NCBI GenBank assembly: GCA_007376385.1
Contig: VMGC01000005.1
Coordinates: 64,001-128,000, forward strand
Direction of reading: 5' to 3'
DNA length: 64,000 nt
Source: Parcubacteria group bacterium Gr01-1014_8
Lineage (GTDB): Bacteria > Patescibacteriota > Minisyncoccia > Phycocordibacterales > UBA2100
In this document: one piece after another, positions 7,775 to 17,713 of the stretch
Layout of the letters: each line of letters begins with the position of its first letter
Numbering within the stretch: the stretch's first letter is position 1
The notes under the pieces: model-generated
What the model was told of the DNA's origin: nothing
Seen by the model: only the letters and a program-made list of their open reading frames with translations
Databases searched by the model: none
Translations under genes and position numbers: made by a program

Positions 7775-8433
7775 ATTGCGATGAATGATGCCTTTAATTT
7801 CTCATTTTTATCCAAAAGTTCATCAGGAAGTAAACCTAAAATCGCGTTGTAGCAGTAAATAGCCCATTCGCGCCTCTTTTTGTCGTCAATTTTAAGGATC
7901 GCCTGACGTAAAAGCTTGGGGTCAAACTTGACTGTTAATTCTTTATCGTCCTTGTCACCCGCCCAAAAGGCAGGTTCAAAATCGAAGAATTTCCGCTTTC
8001 CGTCTGCATCGCGCGATGAATTGAGTGCCTCAAATTCCCCCCGAAATCCTGCTTTTTTAACTTTTGTGATAATCGATTTGTATTCTGGCGACGACTCTAT
8101 TTGCTGCCATTCGCCAGCAAGCTCACGCCATACAGGATCATCCTTTGGGGTCCCGCTCTTAATGAGTTCCTGATATTTTGCATGCGTTTCGTCGTGCGCG
8201 ACCCGATCGACGAGAACGTTAACCGTGCCGCTTTCGTCAAGTCCCGCGCCATGCGTGTCCGGAAATACCTCTGGGAAAAGAAGATGATGCAACTTTATGA
8301 AATAGTAAAACGATTTTGCCTCTGCCCCAGAAGCACCTTTTATACCCCCAACTTCAATCCGAAGAACGCCTTCCTTATATTCAAATGCCTTCTTATTTGA
8401 GCCGACCGCAATTGCTTCTCCGGTACTTTTCAT
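7771..8433 (-). CDS. Hypothetical soluble protein embedded in ABC exporter operon
   Basis: 220 aa with no TM segment and no recognisable motif. It sits 1 nt after the ABC ATPase stop and overlaps the permease start by 4 nt, so it is translationally coupled to both. Confidence 0.55.
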   Translation of the reverse strand: MKSTGEAIAVGSNKKAFEYKEGVLRIEVGGIKGASGAEAKSFYYFIKLHHLLFPEVFPDTHGAGLDESGTVNVLVDRVAHDETHAKYQELIKSGTPKDDPVWRELAGEWQQIESSPEYKSIITKVKKAGFRGEFEALNSSRDADGKRKFFDFEPAFWAGDKDDKELTVKFDPKLLRQAILKIDDKKRREWAIYCYNAILGLLPDELLDKNEKLKASFIAI

Positions 8434-8434
8434 A

Positions 8435-9196
8435 CTATTTTTCGCTGGTGAGTTGGAGGAACACTTCTTCTAATTTTCCGCCGCGGATGCCGCCTTGGTG
8501 TGCTTTTTCGTCGTGAAGCGCAAGAATCTCCTCTTTTGTCCCAGAAGCGACGATCTGGCCTTTGTTGATGATAGCGACATGCTTCGCCAGCTGTTCGGCT
8601 TCTTCAAGGTAGTGGGTGGTGAGAAGTATTGTAAGTCCTTCGCTTGTGAGTTTGCGGAGGTACTCCCACATGCCGCGGCGCAGCTCCACGTCCACTCCCG
8701 CTGTTGGTTCATCCAGAATGAGGAATCGCGGTTTGTGTACGAGTGCGCGGGCGATCATGAGCCTGCGCTTCATGCCGCCAGATAATTCCATTGCGCGGCC
8801 GAGCATCTTTTCGCCAAGGCCAAGATCTTTGAGGAGCTGCTCGGCGCGCGGCCGCGCAATGGAGCGAGGAATCCCATAGTAGCCACCCTGGTTCGTTACG
8901 ATGTCGAGCGGTTTTTCGAATGGATTGAAGTTCAGCTCTTGACCAACAAGTCCTATCTGCGCTTTTGCGACTTCTGTTTCTTTATCAATGTCGTGACCAA
9001 AGACGGACGCTGAGCCTGATGTTTTGTTCACGAGACCCGTCACGATACCGATAATGGTGGTTTTTCCGGCGCCGTTGGGACCAAGGAGAGCGAAAAAATC
9101 ACCTGCGGGGACAGTGAGAGAAACTCCTTTCAAGGCCTCTGTTCCAGTTTTGTAGACTTTCTTGAGGTCTTTGACAACGAGTGCTGGGGTCTCCAT
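8435..9196 (-). CDS. ABC transporter ATP-binding protein
   Basis: Walker A GPNGAGKTT, signature LSGGMKRRL, Walker B ILDEPTAGVD. Start placed at the internal Met (METPALVVKDL..); the annotated ORF extends further to 9250. Confidence 0.9.
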   Translation of the reverse strand: METPALVVKDLKKVYKTGTEALKGVSLTVPAGDFFALLGPNGAGKTTIIGIVTGLVNKTSGSASVFGHDIDKETEVAKAQIGLVGQELNFNPFEKPLDIVTNQGGYYGIPRSIARPRAEQLLKDLGLGEKMLGRAMELSGGMKRRLMIARALVHKPRFLILDEPTAGVDVELRRGMWEYLRKLTSEGLTILLTTHYLEEAEQLAKHVAIINKGQIVASGTKEEILALHDEKAHQGGIRGGKLEEVFLQLTSEK

Positions 9197-9286
9197 ACAG
9201 CACGACAGTGTAACATACGTGTCATTTTGGCTGGCAGTGGCGCGAGGCATTCTCTAATTCGCGCGAATTAGAGGATAGTTGCGGAG

Positions 9287-10684
9287 TTAATGTCCGGAGG
9301 TGTCCCATTCCTCGCCGACGCCCTTGAAGTGCGCGAGTTTTTCTCGGAAAAGCGCTTTTATTTTTTCGAGTGTATCATGGGTCTTTGCCTCGAAGCGAAG
9401 CACGAGTGTTGGTGTGTTCGAAGAGGCGCGGACAAGTCCCCAGCCGTCGTGTGCATAGACACGTGCGCCGTTTATATCAACGACCTTGTAGCCATCATGT
9501 TTGAACATCTTTACCAGCTCATCGACAATCTTGTATTTTTCCTCATCAGTCGTTTTGACTTGGATAGTCGGAGTGGCGATGTAATAGGGAGTCGTCGCGA
9601 CCAATTCCGAAAGCGTTTTCGTATGTGATGAAAGATATTCAAGCAGTTTGAGGGCGGCGAAGAACGCATCGTCAAACCCATAGAAATCATCGCCGAAGAA
9701 AATGTGTCCGCTCATTTCTCCGCCGAGCGCGGCATCCACTTCCTGTAGCTTCGCTTTGATATACGAATGTCCCGTTTTCCACATAATAGGGACGCCGCCG
9801 TGCATGGCAATATCTTCTGGAAGCGCTTGGGAGACTTTCACATCGAATACGATCTTGGATCCAGGTTTCTTTGCCAAAACCAATCGAGAAAGAAGCATAA
9901 GATAGCGATCTGGCCAAACGATATTACCTTTCTCGTCTACGACACCGAGCCTATCGCCATCACCGTCGAACGCGAGTCCGATGTCGCACGCGTTTTTCAA
10001 GACCTGCACGACGGTGTCGTTCATCATCGCTTCGCCATCCGGATTCGCTGTGTAATTCGGATAGCTTGGATCGACGTTTGTAAGATGTTCTACGATTTCG
10101 CAACCGGTTTTCCGGAATAATTCCGGCGCGAACATTCCCGCGGTGCCGTTCCCCGTATTTATCAGCACTTTTAGTTTTTTCTTGATTAATGTTCGACATA
10201 CGATGTCGGTCATATATTCCTTGGCTATGTCGTCCTTTCGAATGTTCGACATCGTATGTCGAACATAGTCCTCTTTTTCGATGATTGAATAGAGAGTTTT
10301 GATTTCGTCCGGGCCGAGGGTCTCGGAGAAATTAATTCCTAGCTTGAGGCCGTTCCACCCGGCAGGATTATGACTGGCCGTTATCATGCAGAGGCCACGC
10401 GCTTTGAAATGGTATTGCGCCCAGTAACTCATCGGGGTTGTGACCGTGCCGATGTCTATGATGTCCACGCCTGATTCCGCCAGGGCTTTTTTTGCCTGTG
10501 CTGCGAAACTTTCGGATGTCTCGCGCGCATCGTTTCCGACAACAGCGTTCGTGATATTCGCATCGCGAAGCATTTTTCCAAATCCTCTCGCGATGTGGTA
10601 TATGGAGTTCTCGTTCAGCTCGTCGTCCGATTCACGGCCGCGAATGTCGTATTCGCGGAACATTGTTTTTTTAAGAGAGGCCAT
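9287..10684 (-). CDS. Phosphoglucomutase/phosphomannomutase family protein
   Basis: Active-site TASHNPAGWNGLK, metal-binding DGDGDR, and the four-domain length of the alpha-D-phosphohexomutase family. Confidence 0.9.
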   Translation of the reverse strand: MASLKKTMFREYDIRGRESDDELNENSIYHIARGFGKMLRDANITNAVVGNDARETSESFAAQAKKALAESGVDIIDIGTVTTPMSYWAQYHFKARGLCMITASHNPAGWNGLKLGINFSETLGPDEIKTLYSIIEKEDYVRHTMSNIRKDDIAKEYMTDIVCRTLIKKKLKVLINTGNGTAGMFAPELFRKTGCEIVEHLTNVDPSYPNYTANPDGEAMMNDTVVQVLKNACDIGLAFDGDGDRLGVVDEKGNIVWPDRYLMLLSRLVLAKKPGSKIVFDVKVSQALPEDIAMHGGVPIMWKTGHSYIKAKLQEVDAALGGEMSGHIFFGDDFYGFDDAFFAALKLLEYLSSHTKTLSELVATTPYYIATPTIQVKTTDEEKYKIVDELVKMFKHDGYKVVDINGARVYAHDGWGLVRASSNTPTLVLRFEAKTHDTLEKIKALFREKLAHFKGVGEEWDTSGH

Positions 10685-10718
10685 TGAAAAATAGTATCAC
10701 AGCGGGGTATTTTTTAGT

Positions 10719-11495
10719 TCAGCCGCGAGCAAAACGAGAACGCCGACGTTCTCGAAGCCACGTCATAAAAAGGCGAAGCATTATGTATAAGACGAGCGCC
10801 ATCAGTCCGTAAAAAAGTATCTGGATGCGCAGGACCATGAGCGCGCCTCGGAGAATTTTGTTCCAGATATTTGATAACAGGGAACCCGATGAGCTTACTG
10901 CGGCAACTGAAGGATCCGATGCACTCAGCACTTCGCCTTCGCTAGAGACAGGGCTTTGTGCAAGCTTTTTTTCTACCGCGGCGATTGCCTCGCTCCGCAC
11001 GTGTTCTGTGAGAACGAAGGCTCTGCTCGAAATGTTGAGCACGGTCGGTTTTGCTGCACGTACGCCCTCTTGGAGTGCAGATGCGACATTGGATGCAGTG
11101 TGCGCAGCTGCGCTCGGCGGCGGGGCCGCCGCGACAGAAAATGAAAGAGGATCATATACGCACGATGTGGACGCATGTGCAGATGATGCGTGCGCGGAAA
11201 GGGAATGCACGCCGGCAGCAGCTTTCCATGTAACCGATGCGATTGCCGGCTCACCCGCGTTCATCTGCACATGTTGGTCACCAATAATGGAGCCATCAAT
11301 TTCGAATGTGACTGCTTTTGTTTGCGGCTCTCCCGAATTGTTGTGCACTATCGTATAGAACGTTACGGATTCGTTCTCAACTACGGTTTCGCGCGAGATC
11401 CACAATGCATTTGGGGCGCACGGCGCTACGTCAGCATATGCAAAGAGAGGCAGCGCGGTTGCGAGAATGAGAAGCGAGATGTGCACCGTGCTCAC
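10719..11495 (-). CDS. Hypothetical secreted protein with C-terminal membrane anchor
   Basis: N-terminal signal peptide and a C-terminal TM segment, Ala/Ser-rich, GC-rich gene. The plus-strand ORF opposite it was judged antisense. Confidence 0.5.
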   Translation of the reverse strand: MSTVHISLLILATALPLFAYADVAPCAPNALWISRETVVENESVTFYTIVHNNSGEPQTKAVTFEIDGSIIGDQHVQMNAGEPAIASVTWKAAAGVHSLSAHASSAHASTSCVYDPLSFSVAAAPPPSAAAHTASNVASALQEGVRAAKPTVLNISSRAFVLTEHVRSEAIAAVEKKLAQSPVSSEGEVLSASDPSVAAVSSSGSLLSNIWNKILRGALMVLRIQILFYGLMALVLYIMLRLFMTWLRERRRSRFARG

Positions 11496-11519
11496 CTTAC
11501 CAGTATATCGTGCTGTATC

Positions 11520-11801
11520 ATGAAAGGCGTGAAGGCGTTAAAAGCAGTTGCACACGGCAGAGTACAGATGGTGATGTATCGAGACTATGCCCAGCGGAAG
11601 GCGAGGAAGTTGGGAATTGTAGGGACAGTGCGAAATGTGCCCGATGGAACAGTTGAAGTGATAGCAGAGGGAGAAGATGCAGTGCTTCGAGACTACATTG
11701 AGCGTCTAAAACGAGGCTCCATACTTTCCAAGGTGACGGCACTTGAAGTGACGTGGCAGCTGCCGACGCGTCTCTTTCACGATTTTACGATCCTCTATTG
11801 A
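11520..11801 (+). CDS. acyP: Acylphosphatase
   Basis: The ~93-aa product from the internal ATG carries acylphosphatase motifs (V.GRVQMV.YR..A...A..LGIVG.VRN..DG.VE). Confidence 0.7.
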   Translation: MKGVKALKAVAHGRVQMVMYRDYAQRKARKLGIVGTVRNVPDGTVEVIAEGEDAVLRDYIERLKRGSILSKVTALEVTWQLPTRLFHDFTILY

Positions 11802-12238
11802 GCGGTCATTGCTCTGAAGTCAAAAAACAGCAGGAAATGGGCAGCTGATCTTCTTTCATCACGTCTATCGATATGTCGCCATAATATTATAAGGTTTACC
11901 CACCTCCTGTACACTTTGTGTGAGCGGAAATTATCAGTTTTCGTACACAAAGTATGTCGAGAGAAAAGGGCTTCAAGATAGTCGAGGTTCCCGTTACGTG
12001 GTAGAATGACGCGCAAACGAAACTTACATTATTCAGGACTTCTCAGATGCTTCTCGATATCATTCGGATCAGATTTCACTTGTTGTAAAAAAGGCCGTCC
12101 CGTCGATCCCTGCGCCAAGAGCCCAGGGCGTTCTCAGTGCGAACCAGTAAAGAATTCCGCGCTAACTGGTGAGAGAGGATGTCGCAGATATACACACGGG
12201 AGCCCGTCGTTCTAGGGCATTGTGTTAATCTTCACCAT

Positions 12239-13342
12239 ATGAGACCAAGCCGTGTGCTCGTGTCTTTCGTTGTCGCGCTCGTACTCATTGTTCCTGCTGC
12301 CTCGCACGCGCAGATCGCTGAAAATATTCAGAATAGTTTGTTTGCCCTTTTCAATCAGATCATCGGGCTCCAGAAACAGCTTATCCGGGACATTGACAAA
12401 CAACTCTCTGCCGTCCGGTCGGAACTTGATATGAACAAAGGCATGCTTGCGTACGCAAATGGGCAGCTTTCCGCACTCGGAAAACAAGTCTCGTCGACGC
12501 AATCGGAATTAAGCGATGTGAAGAGCCAGCTTGCTACATGCAAGAATCAACTGCCTCCGCCGAAACCCGCTTCGTGTACTTGGAGCAATGGTGTGACGTA
12601 TCCTGACGGATCGATCATTCCGTTTATGCCAACCGGAGGATATAATTTTTCGTCGTCTGCAGTTCCTGCTTCGGCCATGGCTGTGTGTATGGCGCCCTGT
12701 GGCGGGTATGTCGTGTACTATAAGTGTCAAAATGGCGATTGGGTGCAAGTTACCACCGGATATCCGAATCCGTATCCCATCGCCCTGAAGCCTGTCATAT
12801 ATCTGTATCCAACCAGCACGCAGGAAGTAACAGTGAAGTTGAAATACAGGGGCGAACTCGCATATACCTATCCAGAATACGATACGGCTCTTGGCGGGTG
12901 GAGAGTGATAGCAGAGCCGAGCGGCACGCTCACAAATCTCGCAGACAGCAGAGAGTACAGCTATCTTTTCTGGGAAGGGAAAGAGTATCCGATACACATA
13001 GATGAAGCGCGAGGATTTGTCGTGAAGGGAAGCGATACTCGCGCATTTCTCCAAGCCAAGTTGGCAGAGCTCGGTCTCCTTCCTCGCGAATACAACGAGA
13101 TGATCGTGTACTGGCTCCCAAAAATGCAGGACAACCCCTATACTTTTGTTCAGTTTGTCGGTGAAGAATATACATCGAGCGCTTCCCTTTCCATTTCTCC
13201 AAAACCTGACTCAATACTGCGCGTGTTCATGGCAATTAAACCCCTGGATAGCTACACGGAAGTCATACCGCAAAAAATAGAGCCGTTCGAACGAAAAGGA
13301 TTCACCGTTGTCGAGTGGGGAGGTATGGAGATCACAGAATAG
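12239..13342 (+). CDS. Hypothetical secreted protein (N-terminal coiled-coil, C-terminal beta-rich domain)
   Basis: Signal peptide MRPSRVLVSFVVALVLIVPAASHA, then a coiled-coil segment and a Tyr/Pro-rich globular region. Confidence 0.55.
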   Translation: MRPSRVLVSFVVALVLIVPAASHAQIAENIQNSLFALFNQIIGLQKQLIRDIDKQLSAVRSELDMNKGMLAYANGQLSALGKQVSSTQSELSDVKSQLATCKNQLPPPKPASCTWSNGVTYPDGSIIPFMPTGGYNFSSSAVPASAMAVCMAPCGGYVVYYKCQNGDWVQVTTGYPNPYPIALKPVIYLYPTSTQEVTVKLKYRGELAYTYPEYDTALGGWRVIAEPSGTLTNLADSREYSYLFWEGKEYPIHIDEARGFVVKGSDTRAFLQAKLAELGLLPREYNEMIVYWLPKMQDNPYTFVQFVGEEYTSSASLSISPKPDSILRVFMAIKPLDSYTEVIPQKIEPFERKGFTVVEWGGMEITE

Positions 13343-13523
13343 CAGCGGAATTACTTACTGGTTTGCATCAAGAACGCCTCGCGCTTTGAGCGCGGGGATG
13401 GATTGATGTACTTTCAAATAAGTGCGGCCGGTGGGCCGCTCCTATTCCAGCAAAGAACCCATGGTCCTGCGCCTAAAGAGCGCATCCCTAACACCTTGCG
13501 CTCTGTGGTGCAGGGTTCTTTAC

Positions 13524-14801
13524 TCATTCTGTTCGGAATATTCTATAAATGGCGCCAGCGCGGTCGTCGGAGACGAACATCGTGCCGCCGGGTTCGACGA
13601 GAATGTCGACGGGACGGCCTATAACCTCGCCGTCTTTCATGAAGCCGGTCATAAAATCAACCGGAGCAAGCGGATTTCCTCCGGAGTCGAAGGGAATTCG
13701 TACTATTTTGTATCCCGTCAGGACAGAGCGATTCCATGAACCGTGGTATGCGACTAAGAGATCGAACCAGTAATCCTCGGGCCATCCTTCTTCAGGAATG
13801 AACGCCAATCCTAGCGGAGCGGAATGTGCCTGTAGGTCAATGTACGACGGCGTTTCAAACGGCTCCATGCATGGATTACGTATATAGGTGTTTTTATCAA
13901 ATACGTTGTCGTGGATATTTTTTCCATAGCAGATAGGCCAGCCGTAATTTCCGCCCTCTTTGATGATGTTCACCTCGTCCGGCGGAACATCGTCGCCGAG
14001 GAGGTCGCGCCCCATGTCAGTGCCCCATAGCTCTCCGGTCACCGGGTGAATGGCCATAAAGACCGTGTTGCGGAGGCCGCGCGCGAATTCAGCCGGTTCA
14101 TCAAATGCGCTTCCTGGAAAATCGAGTGCAAGTATCTTTGCATTGCGCGCATCGGTTTCATTGCATGCATTGCATGAGGAACCAACTGCAATGAGCAAAC
14201 GTGTGCCGTCCGGGTGTGCTAAGAGAGTTCGCGTGACATGTCTTCCGCCCGTGGGAAAAGATGCAAGTGTTTTCGGCAGTGTTGCTGTAAACGTGTCGGG
14301 GTCGTAGGCGTACGATTGGAGCACATCTTCTTCCGCGACATACATTCTGCAGTCGTTTCCTGCCTGCGCCGAGGCTTCGGCAGGCAGGCCGAATTCGCCT
14401 GCCCCGTTAGAGGCCACAGGCTCTCTAATGGGGTCGCACCGGAACAAGATCCCGTGCGGAGCGTTCAAACCAGTCAGGATGTCTACGATGCGGTCGGCTT
14501 TTTTGTCGCCATCTTTGTCGGGCAGCGCCACGATGCGTCCTTCCGACATAAGAGACGCAACGAGGGTTCCTTTAACGTCGCGGGCCAAGACGCGAGCGCC
14601 GGGTGTATCGTCCGAATACACTGATACGGCAAACCCTTCGGGCACTTTGAATGGAAGTTCCCCATCATCCGCAGGAAGTGCAGGCGGAGATTTTGCGAGC
14701 GGGACTGCGCCTATCACGTTGCGGTACACATGTGGACCGAACCAAAGGAGGGCTATCGCTGCGAGCGAGAGCAACAGGATCGCAATAGTACGCGTTGGCA
14801 T
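13524..14801 (-). CDS. PQQ-dependent soluble sugar (aldose/sorbosone) dehydrogenase-like beta-propeller protein
   Basis: N-terminal TM anchor. Motifs typical of YliI/SGDH family (..HGILF.., ..GELWGTDMGRD.., GGNYGWP, GLAF..E). Confidence 0.75.
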   Translation of the reverse strand: MPTRTIAILLLSLAAIALLWFGPHVYRNVIGAVPLAKSPPALPADDGELPFKVPEGFAVSVYSDDTPGARVLARDVKGTLVASLMSEGRIVALPDKDGDKKADRIVDILTGLNAPHGILFRCDPIREPVASNGAGEFGLPAEASAQAGNDCRMYVAEEDVLQSYAYDPDTFTATLPKTLASFPTGGRHVTRTLLAHPDGTRLLIAVGSSCNACNETDARNAKILALDFPGSAFDEPAEFARGLRNTVFMAIHPVTGELWGTDMGRDLLGDDVPPDEVNIIKEGGNYGWPICYGKNIHDNVFDKNTYIRNPCMEPFETPSYIDLQAHSAPLGLAFIPEEGWPEDYWFDLLVAYHGSWNRSVLTGYKIVRIPFDSGGNPLAPVDFMTGFMKDGEVIGRPVDILVEPGGTMFVSDDRAGAIYRIFRTE

Positions 14802-14805
14802 GTCA

Positions 14806-17445
14806 TTAGTGGCCGTCGAACGAGCGGAAGAGCCACTTGGTTGTCTCAACGATGGTCATATTAAGGAAGACCCACACGACAACTATCCATAAGAGTGACA
14901 GAGGCGGCACGACTTCGATGTGGAAAATATGCCGAAGAGGTGCAAATGCCACCGTAGCGATAAGAAGACCAACACCAATAACGACGCTCCAATTCAGTTC
15001 GCGATTAGAGAATATGGGGTACGTGAACAAGGGACGCCGCAGGGAGCGGAAGCAATACGCGACCGCGAGTACATACGAAGCGAAGCAGAGAAACAAAATA
15101 GAACGCGCTTCTTCAACAGGAATGCCAGCGTACAGCAAGAGCCAGTACAGCGCAAAGAGAAGAGGGGCTGTCACTGCACCAATGCCTATGGTGAGAATGC
15201 GCACTTTTGTGTCGAAAATCGCACCAGCCCCGCGCGTTCTTGAAGGCTGCTCGTTATACAAGGATTCGAACGCATACGAAAGAGCGGGGAAACTGCCAGT
15301 TATGAAATTCACCCAAATTATCTGCAAGGCGGTAAGGGGGAGCGGCAAGCCAATGAGAAGAGCGCCGCCGATGAGGACAACCTCGTCGAAACAGCTTGTC
15401 ATCAAATAGACGAACGCCTTTCGAGTGTTCGCAAGAATGCGCCGGCCTTCTTCTATCGCTGCAACAATAGTTTTGAAGTTGTCATCGAGGAGCACGATGT
15501 CAGCGACGCTTTTTGCGACATCTGTGCTGCTTCCGAGCGCGATGCCGATATCAACTGCTTTTAGCGCAGGTGCGTCGTTTACGCCGTCGCCCGTCATTGC
15601 GACTACTTCACCTTGCTTTCGATAGAGCATGCCGATGCGCAGTTTATCTTCCGGCGTAACGCGCGCGAATATCTTTATGTTCGGCAGTATTGTTGTTAGC
15701 TCTGTGTCCGTCAGTTTTCGGATCTCCTCGCCGGAGATAGCATGGCCGTCGTGAACATTCCATCCGAGTTCGTGCGCTATCGCAACCGCGGTTCCTTTCA
15801 GATCTCCCGTAACCATGACCACGCGTGCTCCGAGGTGTTCTATGCGCTGGAGCGCGCTTTTTGCTTCAGGACGTATAGGATCCCTGAACATAAGAATGCC
15901 CCGAAAGTCGAGCTTTTGTGCGTCTTTTGCGGAGAGCTCTTTTGCATTTTGAGGTCCTTTTAGTTTGGCGATGCCGAGCAATCGTTTGCCTTCGGAGCTG
16001 ATAGCGTGCACTCTTTTTTCAAGTGACAGGAATTCATCTTTCGTTATATCTGAGTGCGCGAGCAGGATCTCCGGCGCGCCTATGACATAGTGCTCTTCTC
16101 CTTTGCTTTTCACGATGGAAAATTTGTTTGTCGAGTTGAACGCGAGTAGGGGGGGATGCTTTTCTTGCATGAGTTCAGCGACATCTATTCCTTGGTGAAC
16201 GGCGGCATGCGCGATGGTTACGTCGAGCGACCTGCCGGAGAATTTTGGATGTGTTTTTGATTCTGAATCGTCGACGGTGACGTCAATGCCGAGGATTGCG
16301 GCCTCGAGTATGGCGCGCTTTTCAGGCGAGAGATTTGTGTCTCTGTCAGAAAGATGGGGGCTTTCCTGCGGCGAGGAGTTGGATAGGAGTTCGTGCTTGG
16401 TCTCGATACCGACGAGCCGCATGTTTGCTTGCGTTAGAGTACCCGTCTTATCTGTCATGATGATAGTTGCAGAACCGAGTGTTTCTGCTGCGGCAAGATT
16501 GCGAATGACGCCTTTTCTCTCTGCGAGCCTTTGGACTCCTATCGCTAGAATGACGGTGAGCGCGATGGGAAGCGCTTCGGGAACGGCGCCTACAGCGACA
16601 GCGGATGCGATGAGGAGCATTTCAATGAGGGGAATTCCTCTCGCAAGTCCGATGAAGAACATCCCCACGACGAGTACCGAAATGCCGAGAAAAATGAACC
16701 ATGCGATATTCCACAGTGCTTTTTGGAGAGGCGTTGGCTCATGGCCCGTGTGAGTGACAAGGGACGCGATTCGTCCGATCTCGGTTGCTCCGCCGACAGC
16801 GGATACGACGGCGGTTCCATGTCCATCAACAACGAGGGTGCCGGCGAATGCCATGTTGACCCTCTCCGAAACGCTTGATGCCTCCGAAACGACACGCGAT
16901 TCTTTTTGAACAGGCAGGGATTCCCCGGTCAGGATGGCTTCATCGATGAAAAGATTATTCTCGGTGAGAATGCGAGCGTCGGCCGGTACGCGGGCGCCAT
17001 ACGATAGCCGGATGATGTCGCCTATGACGAGTTGTTCTGAATCAACTTCTTGTTCGACTCGCTGTCGAATGACGCGTGCACGTTCCTTTATGTATGTTGT
17101 TAATTTTTCTAGCGTATTCTCTGCCTGATATTCTTGATAGAAGCCAAGAGCTGCGTTCACAAAAATGGCGAGCAAGATGACAGAGGAGTCTATCCATTCT
17201 TTCAGAAGAACGGTGAGCCCCGCCGCAACCAAGAGCATGAAGATAAGAGGACTCTCGAATTGACGCCACAAAATAGCAAGCGCATTCAGGCGCCCCGATC
17301 TTGGAAATGCATTCGCACCGAAGCGCGAGAGACGGATCGCTACTTCAGCGTCGCTCAATCCTTCACTTTTTGCGTGGTGCAGCAGTAAGGCCTCATCCGT
17401 CGACAGTGCCCACACGTGCTGCTGCACAAGAGGATGATCCTTCAT
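14806..17445 (-). CDS. P-type cation-transporting ATPase (P2-type)
   Basis: Phosphorylation site DKTGTLT, TGDGVNDAPALK, a cation-transporter N-terminal domain and ~10 TM segments. Confidence 0.9.
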   Translation of the reverse strand: MKDHPLVQQHVWALSTDEALLLHHAKSEGLSDAEVAIRLSRFGANAFPRSGRLNALAILWRQFESPLIFMLLVAAGLTVLLKEWIDSSVILLAIFVNAALGFYQEYQAENTLEKLTTYIKERARVIRQRVEQEVDSEQLVIGDIIRLSYGARVPADARILTENNLFIDEAILTGESLPVQKESRVVSEASSVSERVNMAFAGTLVVDGHGTAVVSAVGGATEIGRIASLVTHTGHEPTPLQKALWNIAWFIFLGISVLVVGMFFIGLARGIPLIEMLLIASAVAVGAVPEALPIALTVILAIGVQRLAERKGVIRNLAAAETLGSATIIMTDKTGTLTQANMRLVGIETKHELLSNSSPQESPHLSDRDTNLSPEKRAILEAAILGIDVTVDDSESKTHPKFSGRSLDVTIAHAAVHQGIDVAELMQEKHPPLLAFNSTNKFSIVKSKGEEHYVIGAPEILLAHSDITKDEFLSLEKRVHAISSEGKRLLGIAKLKGPQNAKELSAKDAQKLDFRGILMFRDPIRPEAKSALQRIEHLGARVVMVTGDLKGTAVAIAHELGWNVHDGHAISGEEIRKLTDTELTTILPNIKIFARVTPEDKLRIGMLYRKQGEVVAMTGDGVNDAPALKAVDIGIALGSSTDVAKSVADIVLLDDNFKTIVAAIEEGRRILANTRKAFVYLMTSCFDEVVLIGGALLIGLPLPLTALQIIWVNFITGSFPALSYAFESLYNEQPSRTRGAGAIFDTKVRILTIGIGAVTAPLLFALYWLLLYAGIPVEEARSILFLCFASYVLAVAYCFRSLRRPLFTYPIFSNRELNWSVVIGVGLLIATVAFAPLRHIFHIEVVPPLSLLWIVVVWVFLNMTIVETTKWLFRSFDGH

Positions 17446-17453
17446 TGCCTACC

Positions 17454-17473
17454 AGTCTACCCCATGAGATAAG
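17454..17473 (-). promoter_or_regulatory. Putative leaderless promoter of P-type ATPase (motif + TAGACT)
   Basis: On the minus strand, TTATCTCATGGGGTAGACT lies 8 nt upstream of the ATG at 17445. Confidence 0.45.
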
Positions 17474-17539
17474 ACCAAAACCTTCCCGCCCTAATCGGTG
17501 TGAGTAAGGGAATAATTTTGTCTGAAAAGACCTATTTTC

Positions 17540-17558
17540 TTATCTCACGGGGTATAGA
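17540..17558 (+). promoter_or_regulatory. Motif copy TTATCTCACGGGGTATAGA (forward), inverted partner of 17460-17473
   Basis: Part of an inverted motif pair 87 nt apart in the divergent region between the ATPase and the LTD protein gene. Confidence 0.4.
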
Positions 17559-17713
17559 TGATGAATTGTCATGTGCAGGCGAGACGCCAAGGCCGAGACG
17601 GGCGGCCGCCCCTCAGTTATGCACATCATTTTCTGCCATCATGATTTTTCGCCTGGTATTGTGTATGTATTATTCCCGCGCGGTTCATGGGCGCGCTTAG
17701 CATCACTTTCTGT

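Noticed and set aside
10825-11358. 177-aa plus-strand ORF inside the 10719-11495 region
   Set aside because: It overlaps entirely with the minus-strand ORF, which has a signal peptide and a C-terminal anchor. It was judged an antisense artefact of the GC-rich sequence.
12509-13054. 181-aa minus-strand ORF inside the secreted-protein gene 12239-13342
   Set aside because: It is antisense to a gene with a signal peptide and coherent domain structure. Its Cys/Arg/His-rich composition is non-protein-like.
17558-17644. 28-aa ORF (MMNCHVQARRQGRDGRPPLSYAHHFLPS) directly after the 17540 promoter-like motif
   Set aside because: It is GC-rich and Arg-rich with non-protein-like composition. It more likely belongs to the 5' UTR of the LTD-protein gene.
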